Under the pieces are notes generated by a model, which was given only the letters and a program-made list of their open reading frames with translations, was not told the DNA's origin and made no database searches. Positions 8,735 through 18,915 of a stretch of 64,000 nt of DNA are shown here, one piece after another (the first letter of the stretch is position 1; each line of letters opens with the position of its first letter). Made by a program: the position numbers and the translations under genes. The DNA lies in the NCBI GenBank assembly GCA_041658205.1, contig JBBAAO010000001.1, positions 1,223,131 through 1,287,130 on the forward strand, written 5' to 3'. The stretch is from Bacteroidota bacterium. Lineage in GTDB: Bacteria > Bacteroidota > Ignavibacteria > UBA10030 > UBA8401.

Positions 8735-10636
8735 ATGAAAAAAATTCTCGCCCTCATAGTTCTATGTTTTACTAGCTCATTTTCTCAGCTCCAAAATCTT
8801 AATGGATTGAAGATATGCATAGATCCTGGGCATGGAGGCAATAATGCTGCAAACGACCGGAGAGTTGAACCAGATCCTGGAAATGTTTTTTGGGAATCAG
8901 AAAGTAATTTTCAGAAAGCATTACTATTACGACCATTGCTTCAAGCCAGAGGAGCGACAGTCTTCCTGACTCGTGAAACAAATAATTATCCGACAGATGT
9001 CGATCCGACACTAACCCAACGCTGGCAATATGCAAATACAAATAATGTTCACTGGTTTCATTCTATTCACAGCAATGCCACCGGTGGGAATAATACTTCC
9101 ACGAATTATACAATGGTATTATTAAAGGAAAATCAATCGACAAGGCAGCCAGTCTTTCCAGCCGCTGTTGATATGTCTTCATTAATATATACGAACATTA
9201 GAGCTAAGAATAGAACCAATTCGTCTTCCGGAAATATCTCCGGCAAACCAGGTGTGTACATGGATTATACATTCTATGGAGGTACAAGCGGTGGATTTAA
9301 TCTCGGCGTGTTAAACGGTTTAACGATGCCGGGTGAACTTTCGGAAGGATCTTTCCATGATTATTTTCCTGAAACGCGCCGCTTGTTGAACAATTACTAT
9401 CGCAAAGGTGAGGCGTATGGAATTTACAATGCATTTGTAGAATATTATAATATCCCTTATGATACTCTTGGAATAATTCTCGGCACTCAAAAAAATGGAA
9501 CAATACCAATTAATAATATCACTGTGCGACTACTTCCATTAAATAAAATATATCAAGGCGATAATTTTAATAATGGATTTTACATGTTTGACTCTTTGTC
9601 TCCAGGAAACTACAAAATAGTCTATGAAACACCAGGATACGCACTCGATACTGTGAGTATTGCTTTAACTGCAACTGGAAGAATTGCAACGACTAATCCA
9701 TTAAATAATGCTGTTGCAGTGGAACGAAATTCGGTGATAACATTTACCTTTGTGAAACAAATGGATACGGCATTCGTTCGTTCGGTTTTTTCAAGTAATC
9801 CGGCAGTGGAGGGGGATATTTCATGGAATCCCGAAAATACAATGATGACTTTTACGCCAAAGAAGCTGCTTGGGTTTAAGACGAACTATACATTTTCGCT
9901 TACCGGCCTCGGAAATACACTTCAGCCAACCGTTTTTGTTGATAATAAAACAGTTACTTCAAACATAACTACAAAACCATTATCTGTATCATTCCAAACT
10001 GTGACGATGCCGCCGTATGTTCAATTTACACAGCCTGTATTGAATGACACAAATTTCAATATTACGCAGGTCGTTGGCGTCCGCTTTTCGGAGACAATGG
10101 ATACTGCGAGTGTGAGAGCAGCATTCAGCATATCGCCGCAGACTACTGGTACGTTTACCTGGACAACGTCCAATACTACATTATTATGGAAAGCTTCCCC
10201 GACACCATTGGAATATCAAACTCAATACACAGTAACAATCGGCAGCACCGCAAAATCAATATTTAATTTTATGCTTGATGGAAATAAGGACACAATAGCC
10301 GGAGATCCTTATGTCTTTCAATTTCGCACACAACGCCAGCCAACCTCTGTTGATAATCTCGCTATGAAATCGCTGAAATTTTGGTTGGAACAAAATTATC
10401 CCAATCCGTTCAATCCCGTCACGACGATACAGTTTTCGATTCCAGAACAAAGCCATGCCATTGTCACAATTTATGATATGCTTGGCAGACATGTAGAAAC
10501 TTTGTTGGATGATAAACTAAATCCGGGAAAATATTCTACAGTATGGAACGCTTCTTCATACGCAAGCGGTATGTATTTCTTTAAACTTGTTACTCCAAAG
10601 AATACTTCCGTTAAACGTATGATGTTGATAAAGTAA
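8735..10636 (+). CDS. Secreted N-acetylmuramoyl-L-alanine amidase (Amidase_3-type) with Ig-like domains and a T9SS C-terminal domain
   Basis: The ATG at 8735 follows a GAGGAGGG SD. Signal peptide present. Amidase_3 motifs are 'ICIDPGHGG', 'FHSIHSNA' and 'ELSEGSFHD'. Two SbsA-Ig-like segments follow ('...MDTAFVRSVFS', '...MDTASVRAAFS'), then the tail 'LEQNYPNPFNPVTTIQF'. Confidence 0.85.
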   Translation: MKKILALIVLCFTSSFSQLQNLNGLKICIDPGHGGNNAANDRRVEPDPGNVFWESESNFQKALLLRPLLQARGATVFLTRETNNYPTDVDPTLTQRWQYANTNNVHWFHSIHSNATGGNNTSTNYTMVLLKENQSTRQPVFPAAVDMSSLIYTNIRAKNRTNSSSGNISGKPGVYMDYTFYGGTSGGFNLGVLNGLTMPGELSEGSFHDYFPETRRLLNNYYRKGEAYGIYNAFVEYYNIPYDTLGIILGTQKNGTIPINNITVRLLPLNKIYQGDNFNNGFYMFDSLSPGNYKIVYETPGYALDTVSIALTATGRIATTNPLNNAVAVERNSVITFTFVKQMDTAFVRSVFSSNPAVEGDISWNPENTMMTFTPKKLLGFKTNYTFSLTGLGNTLQPTVFVDNKTVTSNITTKPLSVSFQTVTMPPYVQFTQPVLNDTNFNITQVVGVRFSETMDTASVRAAFSISPQTTGTFTWTTSNTTLLWKASPTPLEYQTQYTVTIGSTAKSIFNFMLDGNKDTIAGDPYVFQFRTQRQPTSVDNLAMKSLKFWLEQNYPNPFNPVTTIQFSIPEQSHAIVTIYDMLGRHVETLLDDKLNPGKYSTVWNASSYASGMYFFKLVTPKNTSVKRMMLIK

Positions 10637-10755
10637 TTATGACAGCTCCGTTTTCTTAATGGCGAAGAGTGTTAAAGTTCACCGCAATAAGAGTTGTTGC
10701 TGTTTGGATGATTGTATCTGTGATGACTGGGAATGAAGAATTTCACCATTAAAAA

Positions 10756-11529
10756 GTGAGAAGAGAAATGATTAGAGAACAATTTCTAAAAACACCATTA
10801 GCTAAAGAACGCGGTTTTCGCTGGCGCGGTGATGGAGAAATCTCAAGGATCGAAGGATTTAGCGATAATGTATTTGGTTTTGCGTTGACATTACTTGTAG
10901 TTTCTCTAGAGGTGCCAAGAACTTTTTCGGATTTAGAAAATATTTTACGTGGATTTGTTGGATTTGCTTTTGCATTTGCACTGCTGTTTTTATTTTGGTA
11001 TGAACATTATAAATACTTCCGTCGTTATGGTTTAGAAGGGCAAACAGTGCTCTGGCTGAATGCAATATTGTTGTTTGTCATCCTTTTTTTTGTGTATCCT
11101 TTAAAATTTCTCATCACTTTTTTGGCAAAATTGTTTAGCCGAGCCGATTTAGCCGTAACCCAGCCGAATGGAACCGTTGTGCCGATCATTCAAAACGATC
11201 AAATGGTGACCTTAATGCTGGTATATGGTTTGGGATTTCTTGTTATTTATGCAATTTTCACATTGATGTATCTGCATGCATACACAAAGAGAGAAGATTT
11301 AGGATTAAACGAAACAGAGATCATTATTACTAAGGGGAGTATTACGGCTCATTCTGCCAATTGTATCATCGGATGTATTTCAATTATTATTGTGTTCTTT
11401 GGCGGGATTCAATACGCAGGTATTTCTGGTTTAGTGTATTGCATCATTGGTCCGGTGCAGGGAGTATTGGGTTTTCGAAATGGCAAAAAAGTCTATAACG
11501 TATTAAAAAATTCTACTGCATCGGACTAA
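10756..11529 (+). CDS. TMEM175-family (DUF1211) potassium channel homologue
   Basis: The signature 'RIEGFSDNVFGFALTLLV' (RxxxFSD in TM1) is followed by about 6 TM helices. The start is ambiguous between GTG 10756 and ATG 10768. Confidence 0.7.
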   Translation: MRREMIREQFLKTPLAKERGFRWRGDGEISRIEGFSDNVFGFALTLLVVSLEVPRTFSDLENILRGFVGFAFAFALLFLFWYEHYKYFRRYGLEGQTVLWLNAILLFVILFFVYPLKFLITFLAKLFSRADLAVTQPNGTVVPIIQNDQMVTLMLVYGLGFLVIYAIFTLMYLHAYTKREDLGLNETEIIITKGSITAHSANCIIGCISIIIVFFGGIQYAGISGLVYCIIGPVQGVLGFRNGKKVYNVLKNSTASD

Positions 11530-11572
11530 CCACGTTTTTTATTCAACCTGAATTTTCGTATTTTCAGTTACC

Positions 11573-11645
11573 GTTCTCGTAGTTCAAGTGGATAGAACCG
11601 GAGTTTCCTAAACTTCTAATCGCAGTTCGAGTCTGCGCGAGAACA
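11573..11645 (+). tRNA. tRNA-Arg (anticodon CCT)
   Basis: A hand-folded cloverleaf of 73 nt. Acceptor is GTTCTCG/CGAGAAC and D-arm is GTTC-AAGTGGATA-GAAC. Anticodon arm is GGAGT-TTCCTAA-ACTTC, and T-arm is CGCAG-TTCGAGT-CTGCG. The discriminator is A and no CCA is encoded. Confidence 0.9.
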
Positions 11646-11720
11646 CGAATAATTATTCTATTCTCACTTGAGTGTACCGGGAATATTTTTTTTTCATCAA
11701 TAACTAACTAAAGTATTATA

Positions 11721-13418
11721 ATGCGTTTATCACGTGGATTTTTCCCGACCGTAAAAGAAGTCCCTTCCGATGCAGTAATTCCAAGTCATCAATTAATGAT
11801 CAGAGCTGGTTTAATGCGGCAGTTAGCAGCCGGAGTCTTTTCCTTCTTACCAATCGGTTATATGGTAATGAAAAAAGTGATGCAAATTATACGAGAGGAG
11901 ATGGATGCTATCGGAGGACAGGAGTTTCATCTTCCGGCGCTCAATCCAATCGAATTGTGGGAAGAAACCGACCGTGTGAAAGCGTTTGGCGATATTATGT
12001 TTCACATAAAGAATCGAGCGATGGTTCTTGCTCCCACACACGAAGAAGTGATCACGTCTATCGCTAAAAATCATGTGAAGTCTTACAAAGAAATGCCGCA
12101 GATTTGGTATCAGATCCAAACGAAGTTTAGAAATGAACCACGCCCAAAATCAGGCGTTCTTCGCGGACGCCAGTTCACTATGAAAGATTCATACAGCATG
12201 GATTCCACATGGCAGGGATTAGATAAGAGTTATGATCTTCACGCTGAAGCATATAAGAAGATCTATACACGCTGCGGTTTGAGTTTTCATATAGTCGGTG
12301 CATCAAGTGGAGCGATGGGAGGAAGCGGTTCACAAGAATTTATGGTGGAATCAAATGCAGGGGAAGACAACCTGGCTGTGTGTACAGAAACAGGATACGC
12401 CGCTAATGTAGAGATTGCTTCGTCATTGGTTCCTCAAGCAGAAAAATTTACTATTTCTGAACCATTGAAAGAGGTTCACACGCCTAATTGTAAATCGATC
12501 GATGAAGTTGCAGCATTTCTTAAACTTCCGACCAATCGATGTGCTAAATCGTTGATTTTTATTAATGATAAACAGCCAATCCTTGTATTGATGCTTGGAA
12601 ATGATCAGCTGAACGAGACGAAATTACAATCTATGTTTGGTCAAGATGTTCGTCCTGCACAATCTGAAGAATTGATGCAATTAACCGGAGCAGACGCAGG
12701 TTCTATTGGTCCTGTCGGATTGGAGAACAAATTCACAATCGTTGCCGATAAACGATTAGAGAATGCCAACGGTTTAGTATGCGGAGCAAATAAGAATGAT
12801 TATCACCTAATGAATCTTGATCTTCAGCGCGACACAAAAATTCAAGCGTACCATGATTTTAGAATGGTAGAAGAAGGAGAATTAACACTGGATGGGAAAG
12901 GGAAACTTCGTATTGTCAAAGGAATTGAAGTTGGACATATCTTTAAATTAGGAACAAAATACTCTCTATCCATGAAAGCAAATTTCCTTGATGAACAGGG
13001 GAAGGAAAATCCGCTGATTATGGGAAGTTATGGTATTGGTGTAGAGCGAATTGTAGCATGTCATATTGAGCAGCATCATGATGAGTTCGGCATACAATGG
13101 CAGAAATCAATTGCGCCGTACGATGTCCATTTGATCTGTGTGAACATGAATTCCGATTCAGTGAAAAAGAAATCGGAAGAGCTGTATACAGAACTGAACG
13201 CTAAAGGAATTTCGGTGTTGTATGATGATCGAACCGACGCAAGTGCCGGATTTAAATTTAAGGATGCAGATCTTCTTGGTATGCCGCTTCATGTGATTGT
13301 CGGTGAAAAAAATCTGAAGAACAACGAGATTGAATTAAAAGACAGAAATTCCAATAAACGATGGAATGTCTCCGTTGATGCGATTGTGAATGAAGTGGTC
13401 AAATTTGTCAAAGAGTGA
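11721..13418 (+). CDS. proS: Proline--tRNA ligase (bacterial type with editing insertion)
   Basis: The N-terminus 'MRLSRGFFPTVKEVPSDAVIPSHQLMIRAGLMRQ' and the class II motifs ('FRNEPRPKSGVLRGRQFTMKD', 'GSYGIGVERI') are typical ProS. The length is 565 aa. Confidence 0.95.
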   Translation: MRLSRGFFPTVKEVPSDAVIPSHQLMIRAGLMRQLAAGVFSFLPIGYMVMKKVMQIIREEMDAIGGQEFHLPALNPIELWEETDRVKAFGDIMFHIKNRAMVLAPTHEEVITSIAKNHVKSYKEMPQIWYQIQTKFRNEPRPKSGVLRGRQFTMKDSYSMDSTWQGLDKSYDLHAEAYKKIYTRCGLSFHIVGASSGAMGGSGSQEFMVESNAGEDNLAVCTETGYAANVEIASSLVPQAEKFTISEPLKEVHTPNCKSIDEVAAFLKLPTNRCAKSLIFINDKQPILVLMLGNDQLNETKLQSMFGQDVRPAQSEELMQLTGADAGSIGPVGLENKFTIVADKRLENANGLVCGANKNDYHLMNLDLQRDTKIQAYHDFRMVEEGELTLDGKGKLRIVKGIEVGHIFKLGTKYSLSMKANFLDEQGKENPLIMGSYGIGVERIVACHIEQHHDEFGIQWQKSIAPYDVHLICVNMNSDSVKKKSEELYTELNAKGISVLYDDRTDASAGFKFKDADLLGMPLHVIVGEKNLKNNEIELKDRNSNKRWNVSVDAIVNEVVKFVKE

Positions 13419-13466
13419 CGATAATAACGGTAGGCAAGTGTTTACATCTTTCTGCTATTGGTGTTT

Positions 13467-14879
13467 ATGAAAGAACAGAAATTCATTATTGGCGGAGAAT
13501 GGAGAACGGGTGATGCTACCACAACCGTCTTGGATCCATACACAAATTCTGATCTCGCACAACTTCACCTTGCGGGAAAAGAAAATATAGAAGAATCAAT
13601 TCTCTCTGCACAAAAAGCATTCACCATAACATCGCAATATTCCGGTTTTGAACGTTCGGAAATACTGCATTCTATCGTTTCTCAACTAAAATCCAAAAAG
13701 GAAGACTTCGCTCGGTGTATTACAGCCGAAGCGGGAAAACCAATTGTATTCTCGCGAGCGGAAGTCGATCGTGCGATTATAACATTTGAAATTGCCGCCG
13801 AGGAGACGAAAAGAATCTATGGTGAAACAATACCACTTGATATTTCCAAAGGAACAAAAGGGAAACAGGGCATTGTTAATTCGTTCCCGATAGGAATAAT
13901 TCTTTGTATCTCACCATTCAATTTTCCGTTGAATTTGGTTGCGCATAAAATTGCTCCGGCGATTGCAACTGGGAATTCATTTATTTTGAAACCAGCGCCG
14001 CAATCACCGTTGACTTCGTTGCTTTTAGGAGAAGTCCTGATGAACTCAGGTTTAGAAAAAAGCACTATCAATATTCTTCCAACATCTAATGATTTGGCCG
14101 AAATGCTTGTCCGGGATGAACGAATTGCCATGGTAAGTTTTACCGGCAGTGCAAAAGTAGGGTGGATGCTGAAATCGAAAGCTGGGAAGAAAAAAGTTGT
14201 ACTCGAACTCGGGGGGAATGCATCCGCAATAATCGATTCAAGTGCTGACATAGCACACGCGGTTAAGCGGTGTGTTATAGGAGCATTTGGCTACGCTGGA
14301 CAAGTATGCATTAAAGTTCAACGTATACTTGTGCATGAATCCGTCTTTGAACAATTTCAACATCAAATTGTTGAAGAAGCAAAAAAAGTAAAAATGGGAG
14401 ACCCCTCCGATGAATCAAACATTCTTGGTCCTATGATCTCAGAAATGGAAGCACAAAGAGTGGAATCATGGGTGAATGAAGCCGAAAAGGAGGGTGCAAC
14501 GATTTTGATAGGAGGAACAAGGAATGGAAAGTTCTATTCTCCGACGGTGATGACGAATGTTCACTCTTCAATGAAAATATGTTCTGAAGAAATATTTGGA
14601 CCGATTGTCACGTTGGAGAAGTACTCACACGTTAATGAGGCAATTTCAATAGTGAATGAATCGAAATACGGCCTGCAAGCCGGCTTGTTCTCCAACAATT
14701 TTGCTACAATTCAGCATATCTACAAACATCTTAGCGTTGGCGGACTTATCGTAAATGATTTCCCCACATTTCGTGTTGATAATATGCCCTACGGCGGAAT
14801 CAAAGATTCTGGTTTTGGCAGAGAAGGCGTTCGATACGCGATGGAAGAAATGATGGAAAAAAAATTGCTAGTGATTTAA
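13467..14879 (+). CDS. NAD(P)-dependent aldehyde dehydrogenase family protein
   Basis: ALDH motifs are 'LELGGNA' (catalytic Glu) and 'GQVCIKVQR' (catalytic Cys), plus 'FTGS..VG'. The ATG at 13467 is preferred over the upstream TTG. Confidence 0.9.
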   Translation: MKEQKFIIGGEWRTGDATTTVLDPYTNSDLAQLHLAGKENIEESILSAQKAFTITSQYSGFERSEILHSIVSQLKSKKEDFARCITAEAGKPIVFSRAEVDRAIITFEIAAEETKRIYGETIPLDISKGTKGKQGIVNSFPIGIILCISPFNFPLNLVAHKIAPAIATGNSFILKPAPQSPLTSLLLGEVLMNSGLEKSTINILPTSNDLAEMLVRDERIAMVSFTGSAKVGWMLKSKAGKKKVVLELGGNASAIIDSSADIAHAVKRCVIGAFGYAGQVCIKVQRILVHESVFEQFQHQIVEEAKKVKMGDPSDESNILGPMISEMEAQRVESWVNEAEKEGATILIGGTRNGKFYSPTVMTNVHSSMKICSEEIFGPIVTLEKYSHVNEAISIVNESKYGLQAGLFSNNFATIQHIYKHLSVGGLIVNDFPTFRVDNMPYGGIKDSGFGREGVRYAMEEMMEKKLLVI

Positions 14880-14950
14880 CACACTCTTTTTTTTGTATAC
14901 CAATCTATAAGTATCGTTGTTTACAATTTTGAAAATCTTGAAAATATAAA

Positions 14951-17900
14951 ATGTCTCAATTCATACACTTACACAATCATACACATTATTCGCTCCTCGA
15001 CGGTGCCGCAACGGTTGAAACACTTATTAAAGCCGCTGTTGATAATAACATGCCCGCGGTCGCATTAACCGATCATGGAGTGATGTTTGGAGCGATCGAG
15101 TTTTTCAAAAAAGCAAAAAAGAAAAACATCAAACCAATTATTGGATGTGAAGTGTATATCCTGTCGAAAGGAAGCCGCTTCACAAAATCGAAAGATCGTG
15201 ATGAAGGAAACGATCTTCTCGTTTCGGATGGAAAAGCAAAAAAGAAACGTGATTACCACCATTTGATTCTTTTGTGCAAAGATTTTGCAGGTTATAAAAA
15301 TCTGATAAAACTGGTCACGCTCGGGCACACCGAAGGCTATTATTATAAACCAAGAATCGATTTTGATTTACTATCGAAGCATCATGAAGGACTTGTTTGT
15401 CTTTCAGCATGTGCGGGTGGAGTAGTAGCAAACCCTCTCATTAGCGGCGACTATGAAGAAGCGAAACAGATTGCGGCAATGTATAAAAATCTCTTTGGCG
15501 AAGATTTTTATCTTGAGATTCAGGATCATGGCATTCCAGCAGAGAAGATCGTCCTTCGGGATATGCCAAAACTTGCTAAAGAGCTTGACATAAAGCTTGT
15601 TGCAACCAATGACAGCCATTATATTAAGCGTGAACACGCTATCGCTCACAACATTATGCTTCTCATTCCCGAAGCAAGTGCCACAGATACACCTGATATT
15701 ACCAATCTACGTTATGGGACAGATCAGATCTACTTCAAGAGTTCCGCAGAAATGTGCGAACTCTTCAAAGAATATCCAGAGGCAATCGCATCAACGTTTG
15801 AAATAGCAGATAAATGCATTTTGGATCTCGAATTGGGCAAAAACAAAATGCCTAAATTTCCTATTCCAGAAGATGCGGGGGTTTCTACACTCGAAGAATA
15901 TCTTGAAAAGATCTCATGGGAAGGATTGCGTAAACGATATACTGAGATTACTCCTATCATTGAATCAAGAATGAATCATGAGCTTGCCGTTATTAAACGG
16001 ATGGGTTATGCGGGGTATTTCTTGATCGTAGCAGATTTCATTAAAGCGGCTCGGGAACGTGGAGTAATGGTTGGTCCCGGCCGTGGTAGCGCCGCCGGAA
16101 GTATTGTTGCGTTCGCAACAAAAATTACTAATGTCGATCCGTTAAAATACGATCTGCTCTTTGAACGTTTTTTGAATCCGGACCGTATTTCAATGCCTGA
16201 TATCGACGTTGACTTCTCGGATTGGAAACGCGATATCGTTATCAAGTATGTTCGTGAAAAATACGGTGAAGAGAATGTTGCGCAGATTATCACCTTTGGT
16301 ACACTTTCTTCTAAAGCCGTGCTGAAGGATGTAGCGCGTGTGTTGGGTATTCCATTGCAGACAGTTGAGGCAATCACCAAACAGATACCGACAATCCTTG
16401 GTAAGGTGATGCCGATTCAGGAAGCGCTTGATTCGCTTCCCGATTTGAAACCATTTAAGGAAAATGCTGATCCAAAGATTCAGCAGATGTTTGAAGTGGC
16501 AAAAGTGCTGGAAGGAATGAACCGAAATGCAGGAATGCACGCAGCCGGAGTAGTGATTTCACCGGAGCCGTTAAGTAATCTTGTTCCGATGTATAAAACC
16601 CCTTCAACGGAATTGATGACGCAATTCACGATGAAAGATCTTGAAGATGCGGGTTTGTTGAAGATGGACTTTCTCGGTTTGCGGACATTAACCGTAATAG
16701 AGAATGCTCTGGAACAAATTAAAAAGAAACATGGCATTACGATTGACATTGATACGCTTCCGGAAGATGACCAATCCACGTTTGAATTATTCGGTAAAGG
16801 ACAGACAGTTGCTGTATTTCAGTTTGAAAGTTCCGGAATGCAAGACTGGTTGCGCAAGTTAAAACCAAATTCCATCAGTGATCTTACAGCGATGAATGCG
16901 TTGTATCGCCCCGGTCCCATGGAAAACATTGGCGACTTCATCAAACGGAAACATGGACAAGCGAAGATTGAATATCTTCACCCAAAATTGGAAGATACGT
17001 TAAGGGAGACGTATGGCGTTATCGTCTACCAAGAACAGGTCATGCGCATTGCTTCCGATGTTGGTGGGTTTACTCTTGCGAAAGCAGATTTGATGCGCCG
17101 CGCGATGGGGAAAAAAGATAAAAAGATCATGGAAGATCTTAAAGCGGAATTTATCGACGGTGCTCAGAAAGCGAACAAACTGTCTGCAAAACTTGCCGGT
17201 GAAATATTCGATTTAATCGAAAAATTTGCCAGCTATGGTTTTAATAAGTCTCACTCCGTCGCATATTCTGTGGTGGCATATCAAACCGCATATTTGAAGG
17301 CGCATTATCCTGCAGAATATATGGCAGCTACACTCACGTCAGAAATTAGCAATACCGACAAGATCGTATTGTTTATTGATGATTGTCGCAAATTAGGAAT
17401 TGAAGTATTGCCTCCGGATGTGAATGAAAGCGAAAGAGATTTCACCGTAACAAAAGGGGGCATTCGATTCGGCCTTGCTGCAATTAAGAATGTCGGTTCC
17501 AATGCAGTTGATGCCATAGTTAAAGCTCGTACAGAAAAAGGAAAATTTACATCACTCTATGATTTCTGTATGAAAGTAGATCTTCATATCTGCACAAAAA
17601 AAACAATCGAAGGTCTCGTTCTATCCGGAGCGTTTGACGGGATTAATAAAAACCGCGCGCAATTGTATAAGTCCGTTGAACAGATGGTGCAATCCGCTGC
17701 TGGTGCGCAAATACAGCAAGAGCGTGGACAAGATAGTCTCTTCGGCGGTGATCCCAACACAACAGTAAAAATAAATCTTGAGCCACAGCTTCCCAATATA
17801 CCGATGTGGAAAGACCAGGAAAAATTAGCGAAGGAAAAAGAGGTTCTCGGATTCTATGTTTCCGGGCATCCGTTATTGAAATATGAAAAAGAGATCAATG

Positions 17901-18442
17901 CCTTTGCTACTGTCCATCTTGGCGATGTGGAAGGAATGAAGAATGGCATCGTGAAAGCCGGCGGTATTATTTCCAGTATCAAGAAAAAGATCGACAAAAA
18001 AGGAAATACGATGGCGTTTATTACCATCGAAGATTTTACAGGTAAGGCAGAATGTGTGATATTCTCCAGCGTTTACAAAAAAAATGTAGAATTACTGGAA
18101 GAAGAAAAAATGATTTTGGTCGAGGGAAAAGGAGAAGTGAGCGGTGATATTATTAAGATCATTGTCGATGAGATACTTCCGATGGACGCAGTTCGGGAAA
18201 AATATGCGAAAAAAATATTTTTCTTGCTCAATGCAGATGAAGTTACCGATATTACGCTTACGAAACTCCGTGAATTGATGGAAAAGAACCGTGGGAACTG
18301 CAACTGCTACTTTAATGTTGTAGGAAAAGAATTCGAAAAACAACAGGTCTTTTTGTCGCGAAAATACAATATCAATCCGACATCAGAATTTATCGAAGGC
18401 GTGCAAGAGATTCTTGGTACACACGCCATTAAACTTTCATAA
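14951..18442 (+). CDS. dnaE: DNA polymerase III alpha subunit
   Basis: 1163 aa. The PHP domain N-terminus is 'FIHLHNHTHYSLLDGA'. The polymerase core has 'PDIDVDF' and 'GLLKMDFLGLRTL', followed by a C-terminal OB-fold region. Confidence 0.97.
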   Translation: MSQFIHLHNHTHYSLLDGAATVETLIKAAVDNNMPAVALTDHGVMFGAIEFFKKAKKKNIKPIIGCEVYILSKGSRFTKSKDRDEGNDLLVSDGKAKKKRDYHHLILLCKDFAGYKNLIKLVTLGHTEGYYYKPRIDFDLLSKHHEGLVCLSACAGGVVANPLISGDYEEAKQIAAMYKNLFGEDFYLEIQDHGIPAEKIVLRDMPKLAKELDIKLVATNDSHYIKREHAIAHNIMLLIPEASATDTPDITNLRYGTDQIYFKSSAEMCELFKEYPEAIASTFEIADKCILDLELGKNKMPKFPIPEDAGVSTLEEYLEKISWEGLRKRYTEITPIIESRMNHELAVIKRMGYAGYFLIVADFIKAARERGVMVGPGRGSAAGSIVAFATKITNVDPLKYDLLFERFLNPDRISMPDIDVDFSDWKRDIVIKYVREKYGEENVAQIITFGTLSSKAVLKDVARVLGIPLQTVEAITKQIPTILGKVMPIQEALDSLPDLKPFKENADPKIQQMFEVAKVLEGMNRNAGMHAAGVVISPEPLSNLVPMYKTPSTELMTQFTMKDLEDAGLLKMDFLGLRTLTVIENALEQIKKKHGITIDIDTLPEDDQSTFELFGKGQTVAVFQFESSGMQDWLRKLKPNSISDLTAMNALYRPGPMENIGDFIKRKHGQAKIEYLHPKLEDTLRETYGVIVYQEQVMRIASDVGGFTLAKADLMRRAMGKKDKKIMEDLKAEFIDGAQKANKLSAKLAGEIFDLIEKFASYGFNKSHSVAYSVVAYQTAYLKAHYPAEYMAATLTSEISNTDKIVLFIDDCRKLGIEVLPPDVNESERDFTVTKGGIRFGLAAIKNVGSNAVDAIVKARTEKGKFTSLYDFCMKVDLHICTKKTIEGLVLSGAFDGINKNRAQLYKSVEQMVQSAAGAQIQQERGQDSLFGGDPNTTVKINLEPQLPNIPMWKDQEKLAKEKEVLGFYVSGHPLLKYEKEINAFATVHLGDVEGMKNGIVKAGGIISSIKKKIDKKGNTMAFITIEDFTGKAECVIFSSVYKKNVELLEEEKMILVEGKGEVSGDIIKIIVDEILPMDAVREKYAKKIFFLLNADEVTDITLTKLRELMEKNRGNCNCYFNVVGKEFEKQQVFLSRKYNINPTSEFIEGVQEILGTHAIKLS

Positions 18443-18454
18443 AAGGAGAAACGC

Positions 18455-18778
18455 ATGAAACCAGTAGAAGTAACTGATGGTAATTTTAAGAATGAGGTAT
18501 TAGATTCACAAACACCGGTCCTTGTGGATTTTTGGGCAACATGGTGCGGACCGTGCAAAATGATCGCTCCCATTATAGAAGAACTTGCCACTGAATATAA
18601 TGGTAAAATGAAGTTTGGCAAGCTTGATGTTGATGCTAATCCTCAAGTATCTATGCAGTTCGGAATTCGGAGTATTCCTACGTTATTAGTTTTTAAAGGC
18701 GGCAAAGTAGTCGATCAAATCGTCGGTGCAATGCCTAAAAAGAGCTTACTCGATAAAATTAGCCCACATATGAACTAA
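18455..18778 (+). CDS. trxA: Thioredoxin
   Basis: 107 aa with the active site 'WATWCGPCK'. An AAGGAG SD lies 12 nt after the dnaE stop. Confidence 0.95.
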   Translation: MKPVEVTDGNFKNEVLDSQTPVLVDFWATWCGPCKMIAPIIEELATEYNGKMKFGKLDVDANPQVSMQFGIRSIPTLLVFKGGKVVDQIVGAMPKKSLLDKISPHMN

Positions 18779-18810
18779 ATCTCAACAGCAATAAATTAAA
18801 TGTTTTCAAA

Positions 18811-18839
18811 AATCCTGTCTAAAGACAGGATTTTTTTTA
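18811..18839 (+). terminator. Rho-independent terminator after trxA
   Basis: TCCTGTC (18813-18819) pairs with GACAGGA (18824-18830), followed by eight Ts. Confidence 0.8.
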
Positions 18840-18915
18840 TCTTCTTTTAGTTGGAATTAAAGCATTCTCATTCCTAAAAATTATGGAATAGTTTCAAAAA
18901 TGTGTATTTTTGTAC

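Noticed and set aside
14951-18778. Tight dnaE-trxA linkage (12-nt gap) as a hint of a thioredoxin processivity role like that in phage T7 polymerase
   Set aside because: This is adjacency only. The T7 mechanism depends on a specific insertion in a family A polymerase that has no counterpart in DnaE. The linkage is probably just an operon arrangement.
18905-18912. 'TATTTTTG', matching the Bacteroidetes -7 promoter motif TAnnTTTG upstream of the pilC-like gene
   Set aside because: It lies only 4 nt before the ATG at 18916, so the transcription start would fall inside the coding sequence. A single short AT-rich match in an AT-rich genome is not evidence.
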